Below are positions 20,086 to 30,106 of a stretch of DNA of 64,000 bases, piece after piece. Within the stretch, counting starts at the first letter, position 1. Each line of letters begins with the position of its first letter. The stretch is from Trueperaceae bacterium (GTDB lineage Bacteria > Deinococcota > Deinococci > Deinococcales > Trueperaceae), in the NCBI GenBank assembly GCA_965213705.1, contig OZ243913.1, forward strand, positions 736,001 to 800,000, read 5' to 3'. The notes beneath the pieces were generated by a model. That model did not search any database, had not been told where the DNA came from, and worked only from the letters and a program-made list of their open reading frames with translations. The position numbers were made by a program, and so were the translations under genes.

Positions 20086-21273
20086 ATGAAAGCCGCTGTC
20101 GCACCCTCTCCCGCCGCCGCGCCCACAACCAAGGGGCACGTGACCCTGTTCAGCCAAGCCAAAGACCCGACGCTGGAGTTGGAGGACGAAGCCGAACGCG
20201 CCGTCGTCGTGCCCTTTGCCGACGCCGGGCCGGGCCGCCTGGCGGGCGAGCGCCGCTGGGTTGCCGAGCCGACTCTGCCGAACACCGGCGCGTGGCGCTT
20301 CCGCGTCGCGCTGGGCGAGGGCGTGTTCGACGCGCCCCTGGACGCACACCACTACGAAACTGATTTGCGTACCTTGTGGCTGCAGGACAAGCAACTGTTC
20401 GGCTACGAGCCCGCGCACTATGTGTCGCCCTCGAGGGTCGTCAAGGTCGAGGCTTTCAAGGGCAGTCTGCCGACGCGCTCGCTCTACATTTATTTACCTC
20501 GCGGCTACGACGAGCACAGCGACAAACGCTACCCGGTCCTCTACATGCACGACGGGCAGAACGTGTTTCAGACCTTCGTCGAAGACAGCTACGCGGGTTC
20601 GTGGCGGGCCGACGCGACGGCGGACACGCTTGTCTCGAGCGGGCTCATGAAAGAATGCCTCATCGTCGGGGTGAGCAACGGCGCCTTGGCGCGCATGGCC
20701 GAATATTTACCGCCCTACTCGTCGTTCAAACCGAGGCGTCCTCAGCCACAGGACAAACCTTCGCTCACAGTCGCCGAGCCCCCCAAAATCTTCAAGGGCG
20801 GTGCCGACAAAACTTTAGCTTACTACCGCGACGAGGTCGGCGCGTACTTGAGCGAGCACTACCGCGTTTTGGACGGCCGCGAGAACACCGCCACCTGCGG
20901 CGCGTCGATGGGCGGGTTGTTCTCGGCCTACCTCGCCTGGGAACAGCCGGACTTCGCCCGGCACCACGCGCTGATGTCGTCCTCGTTCTGGATTACCCGC
21001 AACGAGAAGGGAAAAACCGAGGCGATTGAGCGCTTCCGCACCGGCGAACCCAAAGACGTACGCATCTGGCTCGACAGCGGCACCGGCGACCCCGACAGCG
21101 ACAGCAACGACAACATGTACGCCACCGAAAAAGCTCGAGACGCCCTGCTCGCCAACGGCTTCGAGTACGGGCCGAACTTTCAATACTATCTCGACCAAGG
21201 GGCCATCCACCACGAATCAGCGTGGGCGGCGCGGCTGGACAAGGTGTTCCGGTTTTTGCTGCCGGTGGGGTAG
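20086..21273 (+). CDS. Putative esterase, alpha/beta hydrolase (Fes-like family)
   Basis: IYLPRGY, YPVLYMHDGQN, GASMGG, HHESAW. Confidence 0.9.
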   Translation: MKAAVAPSPAAAPTTKGHVTLFSQAKDPTLELEDEAERAVVVPFADAGPGRLAGERRWVAEPTLPNTGAWRFRVALGEGVFDAPLDAHHYETDLRTLWLQDKQLFGYEPAHYVSPSRVVKVEAFKGSLPTRSLYIYLPRGYDEHSDKRYPVLYMHDGQNVFQTFVEDSYAGSWRADATADTLVSSGLMKECLIVGVSNGALARMAEYLPPYSSFKPRRPQPQDKPSLTVAEPPKIFKGGADKTLAYYRDEVGAYLSEHYRVLDGRENTATCGASMGGLFSAYLAWEQPDFARHHALMSSSFWITRNEKGKTEAIERFRTGEPKDVRIWLDSGTGDPDSDSNDNMYATEKARDALLANGFEYGPNFQYYLDQGAIHHESAWAARLDKVFRFLLPVG

Positions 21274-21299
21274 AGAGCAGTCGAGTTGTTGGGAATCTC

Positions 21300-21776
21300 A
21301 TGACGCCGACCTACGCCTTGTTCGCCTGCGCTGAAAAGGTCGATTTGCAAGCCGTTCTAGGTTATGAGGTTGCGTTGCAAAGCACGTTGCGGTTTGCCGG
21401 TTTCAGACCCGAAGAACTGCACTACGAGGACTCGCCGATTGCAGAGGTGAACGCCGTAGAGGTCATGATTCCCTTAGATGCCCCGCTAATCCTTTACCTC
21501 TCGCCCGTTCCGGCGCAACTGGGAACGCCCGCGCCTGAGCGGTTCGAGCGTGTCCTTGTGACGCCCGGACAAGGCGTGATTATCCAGCCGCGGGTGTGTC
21601 ACTATCTTCAGGCTTCGGGGCGGGTTCTGGTCCTGAAAACAGTGGGCGGGTGGAAGTTCACACGCAAGGGGGACGCGCGCGACCCCGGCCAGTGCCGTTT
21701 TTATACGCTGTGCGGTGTCCCTAAACATCAGTGCCCCGACGCGCGTCGGGTCTTTGTCAATGCCGAGACTGGCTGA
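21300..21776 (+). CDS. Hypothetical protein, possible cupin-like fold with Cys-rich tail
   Basis: TPGQGVIIQPRVCH resembles cupin motif 2. Confidence 0.5.
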   Translation: MTPTYALFACAEKVDLQAVLGYEVALQSTLRFAGFRPEELHYEDSPIAEVNAVEVMIPLDAPLILYLSPVPAQLGTPAPERFERVLVTPGQGVIIQPRVCHYLQASGRVLVLKTVGGWKFTRKGDARDPGQCRFYTLCGVPKHQCPDARRVFVNAETG

Positions 21777-21878
21777 ATATGTCGATGATGCCGCGCTGAG
21801 CGTGGGTTTCAAGTTCGCTCGAGCCGAAACATCCCACACCCTACTATCCAGCGGGCAAATGTCCTGAATACTGCAAGC

Positions 21879-22382
21879 ATGATTCTCTTCAAGTTCGACT
21901 CAGAAAAAAGCGTGCAGAGCTGGCACACCGAAAACGACGTTGTGATGGGCGGCGTCTCGAGCAGCCAAGTGACCTATGCGCCGGACGCGTCGGGTGAGGG
22001 AAAAGGCGGAGCGAAGTTCAGCGGGGAAGTGTCGCTCGAGAACGGCGACGGTTTCGCGCAGATTTTGTACGATGAAAAAGTTCTCGAGCTGACCGGTTTT
22101 CAGGGCGTGGAGTTACACGTCAAGGGGGACGGACAAACCTACGAACTGCGCTTCGAGACGGACGCCGAGCGGGTTTCTTACGCGCAGTCTTTCGTTGCTG
22201 AAGACGAGTGGCAGCGCGTTCGTCTGCCCTTTGCCGACTTCAAATCTACCTTTCACGGCGAAGACGTACCCGATGCGCCCGCGCTGAACCTGGGGCACAT
22301 ACAAACCGTCGGCTTTTTGATTGGCGAGCAGGAAGGCAGCTTCGAGTTGCTAATTGACGAAGTGAGCGCCTACAAAGAATAG
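21879..22382 (+). CDS. CIA30 family protein
   Basis: NDVVMGGVS, GEVSLENGDGFA, KGDG motifs. Confidence 0.9.
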   Translation: MILFKFDSEKSVQSWHTENDVVMGGVSSSQVTYAPDASGEGKGGAKFSGEVSLENGDGFAQILYDEKVLELTGFQGVELHVKGDGQTYELRFETDAERVSYAQSFVAEDEWQRVRLPFADFKSTFHGEDVPDAPALNLGHIQTVGFLIGEQEGSFELLIDEVSAYKE

Positions 22383-22412
22383 TTGTTCGAGCTTCAAGGT
22401 ACACTGCACCCT

Positions 22413-23153
22413 ATGCAACGACGTTACGAGACGTTTTACAGCCCCGCGGTGGGCCGCGACATGCAAGTGTTGGCTTACGGGCACTACGGCACCCCGGTCA
22501 TCGCCTTCCCGTCGGGCGGCGGGCAGTACCACGACTTCGAGGACAACGGCATGGTCGCGGCGGTCGGGCACTTGCTCGAGGCAGGCAAGCTCAAACTCTA
22601 CTGTCCCGAAAGCCTGGACAAAGAATCGTGGTTGCGCGTTGATACCGACCCGCACTGGCGCGCGGTGCGGCACTACGCTTATCAGGACTACCTCGTCAAA
22701 GATTTAGTCCCGGCGATTTACGCGGACTGCAATACCTCTTACGTCGGCATCGGCCTCACCGGGTGCAGCCTGGGCGCGTACCACGCGGCGAACTTCGCGT
22801 TGAAGTTTCCGCAGCTTTTCCCCTACGCGCTCTGCTTGAGCGGGCGCTACAACTTGGAAGCGATTACCGGCGGCAGCGGTTCGGAAGACGTTTACTTCAA
22901 CAACCCCATCGCCTACGTCGCCAACCTGCACGGGGGCGAGTTAGAGCACCTGCGCCACCACGCTCACCTCACACTTGTGTGCGGCCAAGGCCCGTGGGAA
23001 GACAAGTGTCTCGCCGACACGAAGCGTTTAGCCGGTTTGCTAGCCCAAAAAGGGATAGGTCACGAACTCGAGCTGTGGGGTTATGACGTGGCGCACGACT
23101 GGGACTGGTGGCGGCGGCAGTTGCCGCACTATTTGGGCGAGGCGCTGGGCTGA
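22413..23153 (+). CDS. Esterase family alpha/beta hydrolase
   Basis: YGHYG.PV..FPS, GCSLG, HDWDWW; ATG 7 nt after TACACT. Confidence 0.9.
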   Translation: MQRRYETFYSPAVGRDMQVLAYGHYGTPVIAFPSGGGQYHDFEDNGMVAAVGHLLEAGKLKLYCPESLDKESWLRVDTDPHWRAVRHYAYQDYLVKDLVPAIYADCNTSYVGIGLTGCSLGAYHAANFALKFPQLFPYALCLSGRYNLEAITGGSGSEDVYFNNPIAYVANLHGGELEHLRHHAHLTLVCGQGPWEDKCLADTKRLAGLLAQKGIGHELELWGYDVAHDWDWWRRQLPHYLGEALG

Positions 23154-23158
23154 GGCGC

Positions 23159-23560
23159 TCATTCGGGCAAGACGGTTATCCTACCCTCACTAGCGACGAC
23201 GCCAAAATGACGTTTGTCCAAGCTCAAGGTCAGGCCGCCACTCCGCTCCGCACAGGCGATGACACTCGCGTCGGCAAACCCCAGCGGAAGGTCCGCATAC
23301 CGCTTGACGAGCTGACGGATGCGCGGCAGGTCGTTATCGACGGCTTCAAGCATAAAAGTTCCCGTCTCGAGGTCTGCTAAAAAGAGTTCGAGGGCTCGAA
23401 CTCCAAAACGCTGTTCTAAAAAGTAAGCCACTTCGGCGAGAATCCCGACCGGCACGAGATAAGGCCCGGCATCTGCAAGCAGCGCCGACTTGACTTGCTC
23501 GTGCTCTTCGGCCTTTCGGTCTATCAGGACGATCAAAGCCGATGTGTCGAGAGTTAGCAC
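23159..23560 (-). CDS. vapC: PIN-domain toxin
   Basis: LDTS, AEV, LGFADAS, SLD..HF acidic motifs. Confidence 0.9.
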   Translation of the reverse strand: MLTLDTSALIVLIDRKAEEHEQVKSALLADAGPYLVPVGILAEVAYFLEQRFGVRALELFLADLETGTFMLEAVDNDLPRIRQLVKRYADLPLGFADASVIACAERSGGLTLSLDKRHFGVVASEGRITVLPE

Positions 23561-23779
23561 CTATTTCCAATTCTTACGCAACCAGTCTTCGCTCTCTTCT
23601 CCGGAGATGCGTCCGTCTGACACTGCTCCTACGGAGCGAGGCAGAGGCTTAGACTGGTTTTTCAGGTAAGTTTGAAGCGCGTCTCTCATTACCTCGGCTT
23701 GTGAGCGCTGCTCTCGCCGTGCTGCTTCTTTGATAGCTCTATGCAATTCAGCAGGCAAATATAAAGTTGTTTTGTCCAT
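23561..23779 (-). CDS. vapB: RHH/CopG antitoxin
   Basis: MDKTTLYLP...SQAEVMRDAL; abuts vapC. Confidence 0.85.
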   Translation of the reverse strand: MDKTTLYLPAELHRAIKEAARREQRSQAEVMRDALQTYLKNQSKPLPRSVGAVSDGRISGEESEDWLRKNWK

Positions 23780-23787
23780 GCGACAGT

Positions 23788-23810
23788 TTACCATATAGGG
23801 TATGTGGTAA
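23788..23810. promoter_or_regulatory. Inverted-repeat operator overlapping vapB -10
   Basis: TTACCATATA-GGG-TATGTGGTAA (1 mismatch); minus-strand TAAACT 5 nt before ATG. Confidence 0.65.
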
Positions 23811-23853
23811 CAGTTTAAACTTCTGTCTCTCGACGATGCCTTAGCAAGCTGCT

Positions 23854-24073
23854 TTAGACACGTTTGCTTGAGCAACAATCCGCGCTGGCTTCCCCAGAGA
23901 CGCGACCGTCCGACGCTGCACCGACAGAACGGGGGAGAGGTGTGGCTCGAGCCTGCACATACCTCGAAAGTGCCACTCTCATTATCTCGGCCTGTGAGCG
24001 CCGCTCCCGTTTGGCCGTTTCCTTGATAGCCTGGCGCAACTCAGCAGGCAAGTTATAGAGTTATTTTCTTCAT
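23854..24073 (-). pseudogene. Frameshifted duplicate of the RHH antitoxin
   Basis: ATG AAG AAA ATA ACT CTA TAA C TTG CCT GCT GAG: one extra base; remainder LPAELRQAIKETAKRERRSQAE...PLPRSVGA closely matches vapB. Confidence 0.8.
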
Positions 24074-24399
24074 AGGGCAATTTAACCTCACATCGTATAC
24101 GGTAACCGTCGGCGTTCTTCACCTCGAGAGATGCCGGGTCAAGTTGCTTTAGACACACCAGCTTCGGACGGGTGAAGGTTGCCAGAAATGTAAAGGCTTG
24201 TTTCGCGCAAATCGGCGGGTTATATTATCACCAACAACTCATCTGAGAGAGGATTTGTCACTGTTTCTCCAAGGCTGTTTGGAAGTGTGAGGCCGTTCCG
24301 GTCCGCTCCAAGCAAAAAACAGTCTTACTTAAACCCGCCACCCGAGAAATTTTTGGGTGAAACGTCGCTACCTGTTAGAAAAAATCGAGAGGTTTAGAA

Positions 24400-27300
24400 G
24401 TGACTCGAGCCTGCCTATCCGCCTTGTTCGTCCTGATGATGGTCTTAGCCGCCTGCTCGCAGCCAAGCACCCCCGACCCTATCGCCCCCACCGTCACCAA
24501 CTTCCGGGCCGCGAAAAGCACCATCACCGCGGGCGAAGGCACAACCCTCTCCTGGACGGACGCCAGCGCAGACGCGACCCTGACCCTGACACCCGACATC
24601 GGTAACGTGACCGGCCAGACAAGCGTGACGGTGTCGCCGACCGAGACGACCGAGTACACCCTCACGGTCTCGAACAGTGCGGGCAGCAACCAGTACAAGC
24701 TAACCGTCACCGTGAAACCCAAGGACACGCCCGCGCCCACTAACCGAGCGCCGGTCTCGGAGAGCGTCACCAAGAGCACCCAAGAGGGCACGGCGGTCAC
24801 CGTGCAACTCTCGAGCAGCGACCCCGACGGCGACCGTTTGCGCTACAGCGTCGTCGCCGAGCCCCAAAACGGCAGCTTGAGCGGTCTCAACCCCGACACG
24901 GGCGAGATTACCTACACCCCCAACGCTAATTTCAACGGCGCGGACACCTTTACCTTCTCGGTGTCGGACGGCAAGCTGAGTTCGGCCGTGGCGACCGTCA
25001 CCATCAACGTGACCGCGGTCAACGACGCGCCCATAGCCAACGCGCAAACGCGCAGCACGCCAGAGGAGGCGCCCGTGGTCGTCACCCTCTCCGGCAGCGA
25101 CCCGGAAGGGGCTGGCCTCGAGTACGTCGTGACCCGCGAGCCAAATCACGGCACGCTGGGCGCGCTCGAGCCCACGACGCACAAAGTTACCTACACCCCG
25201 GCCCAGGACTACAACGGCACCGACAGCTTTACCTTCGTTGTTTCGGACGGCGAACTGACTTCGGCAGAGGCGACCGTCATCGTTAAAGTGGGCGTGGTGA
25301 ACGACCAGCCCGTCGCTAAAGCGCAGAGCGTTTCACTTGACGAAGACAACGCCAAGGCCATCACGCTCACGGCCCAAGACGCCGACAACGACGCGCTGAC
25401 CTATGCGGTTGTGAAGCAGCCCGAGCACGGCAAACTGAGCGGGCTGAACGTCGGCACCGGCAAGCTGACCTATACCCCGAACAAGGACTACAACGGCGCG
25501 GACAGCTTTACCTTCAAGGCAAACGACGGCACGGAAGACTCGGAAGTCCAGACGGTCAGTTTGACGATAAACCCTGTCAACGACGCGCCTGTGATTGCTG
25601 GGAGTGACAGCGTTTCGGTCACCATGAGCGAGGACGGTGTACCGACAGCTTTCGCGTTGACCCTGAACGCCAGCGATGTTGACAGCAGCACGCTTACCTG
25701 GAGCATCGGCAGCGGAGCGGCGCACGGCACGGCGAGCGTGAGCGGAACCGGCGCTTCTAAAGACGTTACTTACAGCCCGGACGCCGATTACAACGGCTCG
25801 GACAAGTTTGTTGTCAAGGTTGTAGACGGTAACGGCGGCGAAGACACCATTACCGTGAACGTGACGATAGAGGCCGTGAACGACAAACCCACAGCAAAGA
25901 CTATTCCTGACCAGAACTACACCTTTAGCCTTGACCTCAAAGACTACTTCAGTGACATTGACAAAGAAAATCTCACTTACTCCTACGTCGCAACACCGGG
26001 TGCCGATTGGATAGAAATAGAAGGAAGTGTTTTGAGCGCCAAGGTGCCACCGGCCGAACTCAACAACACGTTCAACATCACGGTAACCGGCAGGGACAAC
26101 GCTTCCGAGAGTGCCAGCACGAGCTTCAATTTAGCTATCACGTGTCCCAGTGGGACTCTCTACATTGACGAAAGTGCGAACGGCATAGAGAGCGGCCTTA
26201 CCTGGGCTGACGCCTTTACAGACTTGCAGACCGCGCTCGGCTGGGCGAGAGCGTGTGAGGGGGCAAAAACGCTTAACGTTGCCAAAGGCGTCTACTATCC
26301 GGATGAAGGCTACGCGACAACCCTCGAGTCGCCGAGTGCTCCCGACGACCGCAAGGCTACTTTCTACATCACTGAGGGTATCAAGCTGTACGGCGGATAC
26401 GGAGCCGGTGGTGCGGGTGCGCGGAATCCTGGAACAAACGTTACCGTTTTGAGTGGGGACATTCAGCAGGACGACGTAACTACCGGCGACGGTGTGGTGC
26501 AAGAAGCGGCTGATATTAAAGGGGACAACAGCCTCCACGTCGTTTTTGTAGACGGTGGAAACGAACGAGCCAACGTGACCGGGGAAACCGTGATTGATGG
26601 CTTTACGATTACCGGGGGTTACGGAGTTAGTGGTAGTGGCCTTTACTGTCGTGGAGGGGATAAAGGCAACGAGTGCAGCCCTAAGCTGGCGGAAGTGCAT
26701 TTCGCTGGCAACTATGCTGTAAGTGGCGGGGGTATGTACAACGACGGTACGCTGGACGGAAAGAGCAACCCTTACCTGAGCCACGTAACCTTCTCGGGAA
26801 ATGTAGCCCAAGATGGCGCGGCCATGTTCAACAACGCTAGAGGTTATGATCCTTATGCTAATAATGATTTCGGTGACATTAGAAAGGGAGAAAGCATCCC
26901 CACAGTAATAAATGCAGTATTTATAAACAACACAGTGGACGATTCGGAATATAGTTATTTCGAACCCGGAATCGTATCCAACATAGGGTGGCAATACGGT
27001 ACGAGTGAATCAATCCTGACAAATGTGGTGTTTAGCAACAACAATGGTGCGGCAATTTCTAATCAAGGTTCTTACGAGGGTAAAGGTTTTTCAACCGTTA
27101 TCAATGGCACTTTTTACAAAAATTCTAAGGTCGTAAGCAGCATCGAGGATGCTGACGGCGGAAGTGCAGGAGCTACCTTCGTCAACACAATACTTTGGGA
27201 AAACGAACAGATTGGGTCTGAAGAAACGTTCAGCTATAGCATCATTCCGGGAGGTTGTAACAGGGGGTCTTGCGATAACGTCTACGACACCACCGAGTTT

Positions 27301-27462
27301 CCCTTTATTAGTCCAACCGACCTGCGCCTAAAAGCGGGGTCGCCTGCTATCAACAGGGGCAGCAACAGCGCTATTCAGGCAACGGGTGTAGACACCGACC
27401 TTGACGGGAAGGCTCGTATTGTAGGGAACATAGTCGATCTGGGGGCCTACGAAAAGCAGTAG
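24400..27462 (+). CDS. Surface lipoprotein adhesin: Ig/cadherin-like (Big_9-type) repeats, beta-helix, choice-of-anchor-Q-like C-terminus
   Basis: LAAC lipobox; about four YTP..DYNG.DSFTF...VND.P repeats; GGGMYN/VTFSGN beta-helix; SPAIN.G...DLDGKAR...VDLGAYE. Confidence 0.85.
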   Translation: MTRACLSALFVLMMVLAACSQPSTPDPIAPTVTNFRAAKSTITAGEGTTLSWTDASADATLTLTPDIGNVTGQTSVTVSPTETTEYTLTVSNSAGSNQYKLTVTVKPKDTPAPTNRAPVSESVTKSTQEGTAVTVQLSSSDPDGDRLRYSVVAEPQNGSLSGLNPDTGEITYTPNANFNGADTFTFSVSDGKLSSAVATVTINVTAVNDAPIANAQTRSTPEEAPVVVTLSGSDPEGAGLEYVVTREPNHGTLGALEPTTHKVTYTPAQDYNGTDSFTFVVSDGELTSAEATVIVKVGVVNDQPVAKAQSVSLDEDNAKAITLTAQDADNDALTYAVVKQPEHGKLSGLNVGTGKLTYTPNKDYNGADSFTFKANDGTEDSEVQTVSLTINPVNDAPVIAGSDSVSVTMSEDGVPTAFALTLNASDVDSSTLTWSIGSGAAHGTASVSGTGASKDVTYSPDADYNGSDKFVVKVVDGNGGEDTITVNVTIEAVNDKPTAKTIPDQNYTFSLDLKDYFSDIDKENLTYSYVATPGADWIEIEGSVLSAKVPPAELNNTFNITVTGRDNASESASTSFNLAITCPSGTLYIDESANGIESGLTWADAFTDLQTALGWARACEGAKTLNVAKGVYYPDEGYATTLESPSAPDDRKATFYITEGIKLYGGYGAGGAGARNPGTNVTVLSGDIQQDDVTTGDGVVQEAADIKGDNSLHVVFVDGGNERANVTGETVIDGFTITGGYGVSGSGLYCRGGDKGNECSPKLAEVHFAGNYAVSGGGMYNDGTLDGKSNPYLSHVTFSGNVAQDGAAMFNNARGYDPYANNDFGDIRKGESIPTVINAVFINNTVDDSEYSYFEPGIVSNIGWQYGTSESILTNVVFSNNNGAAISNQGSYEGKGFSTVINGTFYKNSKVVSSIEDADGGSAGATFVNTILWENEQIGSEETFSYSIIPGGCNRGSCDNVYDTTEFPFISPTDLRLKAGSPAINRGSNSAIQATGVDTDLDGKARIVGNIVDLGAYEKQ

Positions 27463-27620
27463 GCCCGCCGGAAAAGTTCCAAACTAAGGTTTCACAAGTT
27501 GCAGGTCTTCCATCAACGGGAGACCTGTCACCTTTCCTCTCACTCACCGGCGGCGTGGTTAAATAGAGTCCAGAGATACAGACTTGGGTTCGTCACGTAA
27601 ACTGGGAGGCTTGAAAGGCA

Positions 27621-28868
27621 ATGGAAACGCAGCGCAAACTCATCGGCTTACTTTTAAGCCTCGAGGAAGACTGGCCGCACACCTTCGAGGCACTGTCAAA
27701 ACGGATGGGTAAGGTGAGCTACCGGGGCCGAACCTTCGAGATTCAAACCGAGCGCATCCACATTCACCCGTTCAGCCTGCGCGACCCGGTGCGGCACGAC
27801 GTGGTCATCGACCGCCTCGCCTGGTGGCACCCAAACCCGCGCGAGTGGTTGAAAAAAGCGGCTTTGATGAACGACGTTTACCTCCTCAACAACCCCTTTT
27901 CGTTTCAGTCGATGGAGAAGCACTCGGCCTACTGCGCGATGATTCGGCTGGGGCTGAACGTGCCCGAGACGGTACTTGTCCCACAAAAGGTCGGCCCCGA
28001 CAACGAACGCTACCAGCGCACCGCGCAAAAGTACCACGACCTGTTCGACTTGCCCGCCATCGCGGCACAGGTCGGCTACCCGCTATTCATGAAACCCTTC
28101 GACGGCGGCGGCTGGCGCGGGGTGAGCAAAGTCGACGACGAGGCCGCGCTGATGCAGGCTTACGACGCCTCGGGCCAGACGATGATGCACCTGCAACGCG
28201 GTTTAGTCGACTACGAGGTGTTCGTGCGGAGTCTGGGCATCGGGCCGCAAGTCATCAGCTTGCGCTACGACCCCGGCCAGCCGATGCACGCGCGCTACTC
28301 GGTCGCGCACGACTTTTTGACACCCGAGCAGGGCCGCGAGGCGGTCACGGTCACCAAAATCATCAACGCCTTTTTCCGTTGGGACTTCAACTCGTGCGAG
28401 TCGATTTTGAAAAACGGCACCCTGTGGCCGATGGACTTCGCCAACGCTTGCCCGGACATCGCGCTTACGAGTTTGCACTACTACTTCCCGTGGACCCTAA
28501 AGTCGCTTTACGCCTGGAGCGTGTTCTGCGCGGTGACCGAGCGGCCCATGTACGTGACCATGAACATCAAGCCGTACTTCGACATCGCCGACTCGGACCG
28601 CTCTTACGAGGAGAAACTTGCCGCTTACGAACAACTCGCCGACGAGCACTTCGAAACCGAGCGCTTTGCCGAATTTCGGGCGACGGTCTTGAAAGACCTG
28701 GACGAGGCGATGTGGGACCTCGTCGGTAGCGGCGAGTTCAAGGACATCATCCGCGGCGCGGTCGGGGCGACGTTTCCCGAGCACGAGCGCGAACAGTTTA
28801 ACGCTCACTTTCAGGGGCTGCTCGAGCACTGGCACAGCGCCGAAGCCGCGGCGGGGCGCGTTTCATGA
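27621..28868 (+). CDS. ATP-grasp domain protein (RimK-like)
   Basis: GYPLFMKPFDGGGWRGV, DFNSCE, MDFAN. Confidence 0.85.
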   Translation: METQRKLIGLLLSLEEDWPHTFEALSKRMGKVSYRGRTFEIQTERIHIHPFSLRDPVRHDVVIDRLAWWHPNPREWLKKAALMNDVYLLNNPFSFQSMEKHSAYCAMIRLGLNVPETVLVPQKVGPDNERYQRTAQKYHDLFDLPAIAAQVGYPLFMKPFDGGGWRGVSKVDDEAALMQAYDASGQTMMHLQRGLVDYEVFVRSLGIGPQVISLRYDPGQPMHARYSVAHDFLTPEQGREAVTVTKIINAFFRWDFNSCESILKNGTLWPMDFANACPDIALTSLHYYFPWTLKSLYAWSVFCAVTERPMYVTMNIKPYFDIADSDRSYEEKLAAYEQLADEHFETERFAEFRATVLKDLDEAMWDLVGSGEFKDIIRGAVGATFPEHEREQFNAHFQGLLEHWHSAEAAAGRVS

Positions 28869-29989
28869 CCGCCGTCAAGCGCCCGTCGCTCACCGTGGGC
28901 ATCGAAGAGGAATACCAAATCATCGACCCCGAAACCCGCGAACTGAGGAGTTACATCACGCAGTTTTTGGAGGGCGACCACAGCGTCCTGCGCCAAAAAT
29001 CCATCAAGCCCGAACTGCACCAGTCGAGCGTCGAAATCGGCACGAAAGTGTGCGAGTCGGTGCAGGACGCGCGGGCCGACCTGGTCGACTTGCGCTGCCA
29101 AGTCGACGACATGGCGAGGAGCGAGGGCATGTGCATCGCCGCGGCGGGCTCACATCCGTTTTCGGTGTGGCAAACGCAAGAAATTACGCCGTTCGAGCGC
29201 TACCAGGGCTTGTTGGAAGACTTGCAAGAACTCGCGCGGCAGACGCTGATTTTCGGGATGCACGTCCACGTCGGCATCGAGGACGAAGAGTTTATGGTCG
29301 ACGCCATGAACACGCTGAAATACTTTATGCCGCACCTGCTGGCGCTCTCAACCTCGTCGCCGTTTTGGGAAGGGCGGCAGACCGGGCTGAAGAGTTACCG
29401 CAGCGCCATGTTCAAGCGTTTCCCGCGCACGGGTTTACCGGGCGACTTCAGCAGCTACGCGGACTACAAAAGTTACGTCGACATCATGGTCGCCGCGGGG
29501 TCGATTCCCAACGCCTCGAAAATCTGGTGGGACCTGCGGCCGCACCACCAGTACCCGACCTTGGAGTTCCGCATTTGCGACCTCTGCACCAGCGTCGACG
29601 ACGCGATTTGCTGCGCGGCACTGTTTCAAGCCCTTGTCTTGAAGCACTACAAGATGCGCAAGGACAACGTCACCTTCCGGCGCTACCCGATGGGCATGGT
29701 CGAGGAAAACAAGTGGCGCGCGCTGCGCTACGGCGTCGAAGGGAAGCTCGTCGACTTCGGGCGGCAAGAGGAGTTGCCGACGAAGATGCTGCTGACCGAA
29801 CTCGTCGAATTCGTCGACGACGTGCTGGACGACCTGGGCTCCCGCAAAGAGGTCGAACACGTTTTTACGATTTTGGAGCGCGGCACTTCGGCGGCGCGGC
29901 AAATCAAAATCTTCGAGGAAACGGACGACGTGCGCAAGGTGGTCGACTGGCTCGTCGAGGAGACGATTCGGGAGTGCCGGGTGGGTTGA
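28865..29989 (+). CDS. ybdK: Carboxylate-amine ligase (YbdK/GCS2 family)
   Basis: GIEEEYQ, GMHVHVG, SSPFW, WWDLRP, TLEFRICD; ATGA overlap. Confidence 0.92.
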   Translation: MTAVKRPSLTVGIEEEYQIIDPETRELRSYITQFLEGDHSVLRQKSIKPELHQSSVEIGTKVCESVQDARADLVDLRCQVDDMARSEGMCIAAAGSHPFSVWQTQEITPFERYQGLLEDLQELARQTLIFGMHVHVGIEDEEFMVDAMNTLKYFMPHLLALSTSSPFWEGRQTGLKSYRSAMFKRFPRTGLPGDFSSYADYKSYVDIMVAAGSIPNASKIWWDLRPHHQYPTLEFRICDLCTSVDDAICCAALFQALVLKHYKMRKDNVTFRRYPMGMVEENKWRALRYGVEGKLVDFGRQEELPTKMLLTELVEFVDDVLDDLGSRKEVEHVFTILERGTSAARQIKIFEETDDVRKVVDWLVEETIRECRVG

Positions 29990-30036
29990 GGGTTCATTTT
30001 GAAGCTGTTGGTCAAAGTAGGACAAAATACTGTAGG

Positions 30037-30094
30037 TTGACAGAGTGACTGTGCTATCCTACGGTTTACGTAAATGAGTTCACATTTACGTGAA
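30037..30094 (+). promoter_or_regulatory. Sigma70-type promoter with overlapping inverted repeat
   Basis: TTGACA (30037-42), 17 bp, TACGGT (30060-65); TTTACGTAAATG-N6-CATTTACGTGAA (30065-30094). Confidence 0.6.
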
Positions 30095-30106
30095 GGTGTT
30101 CATATT

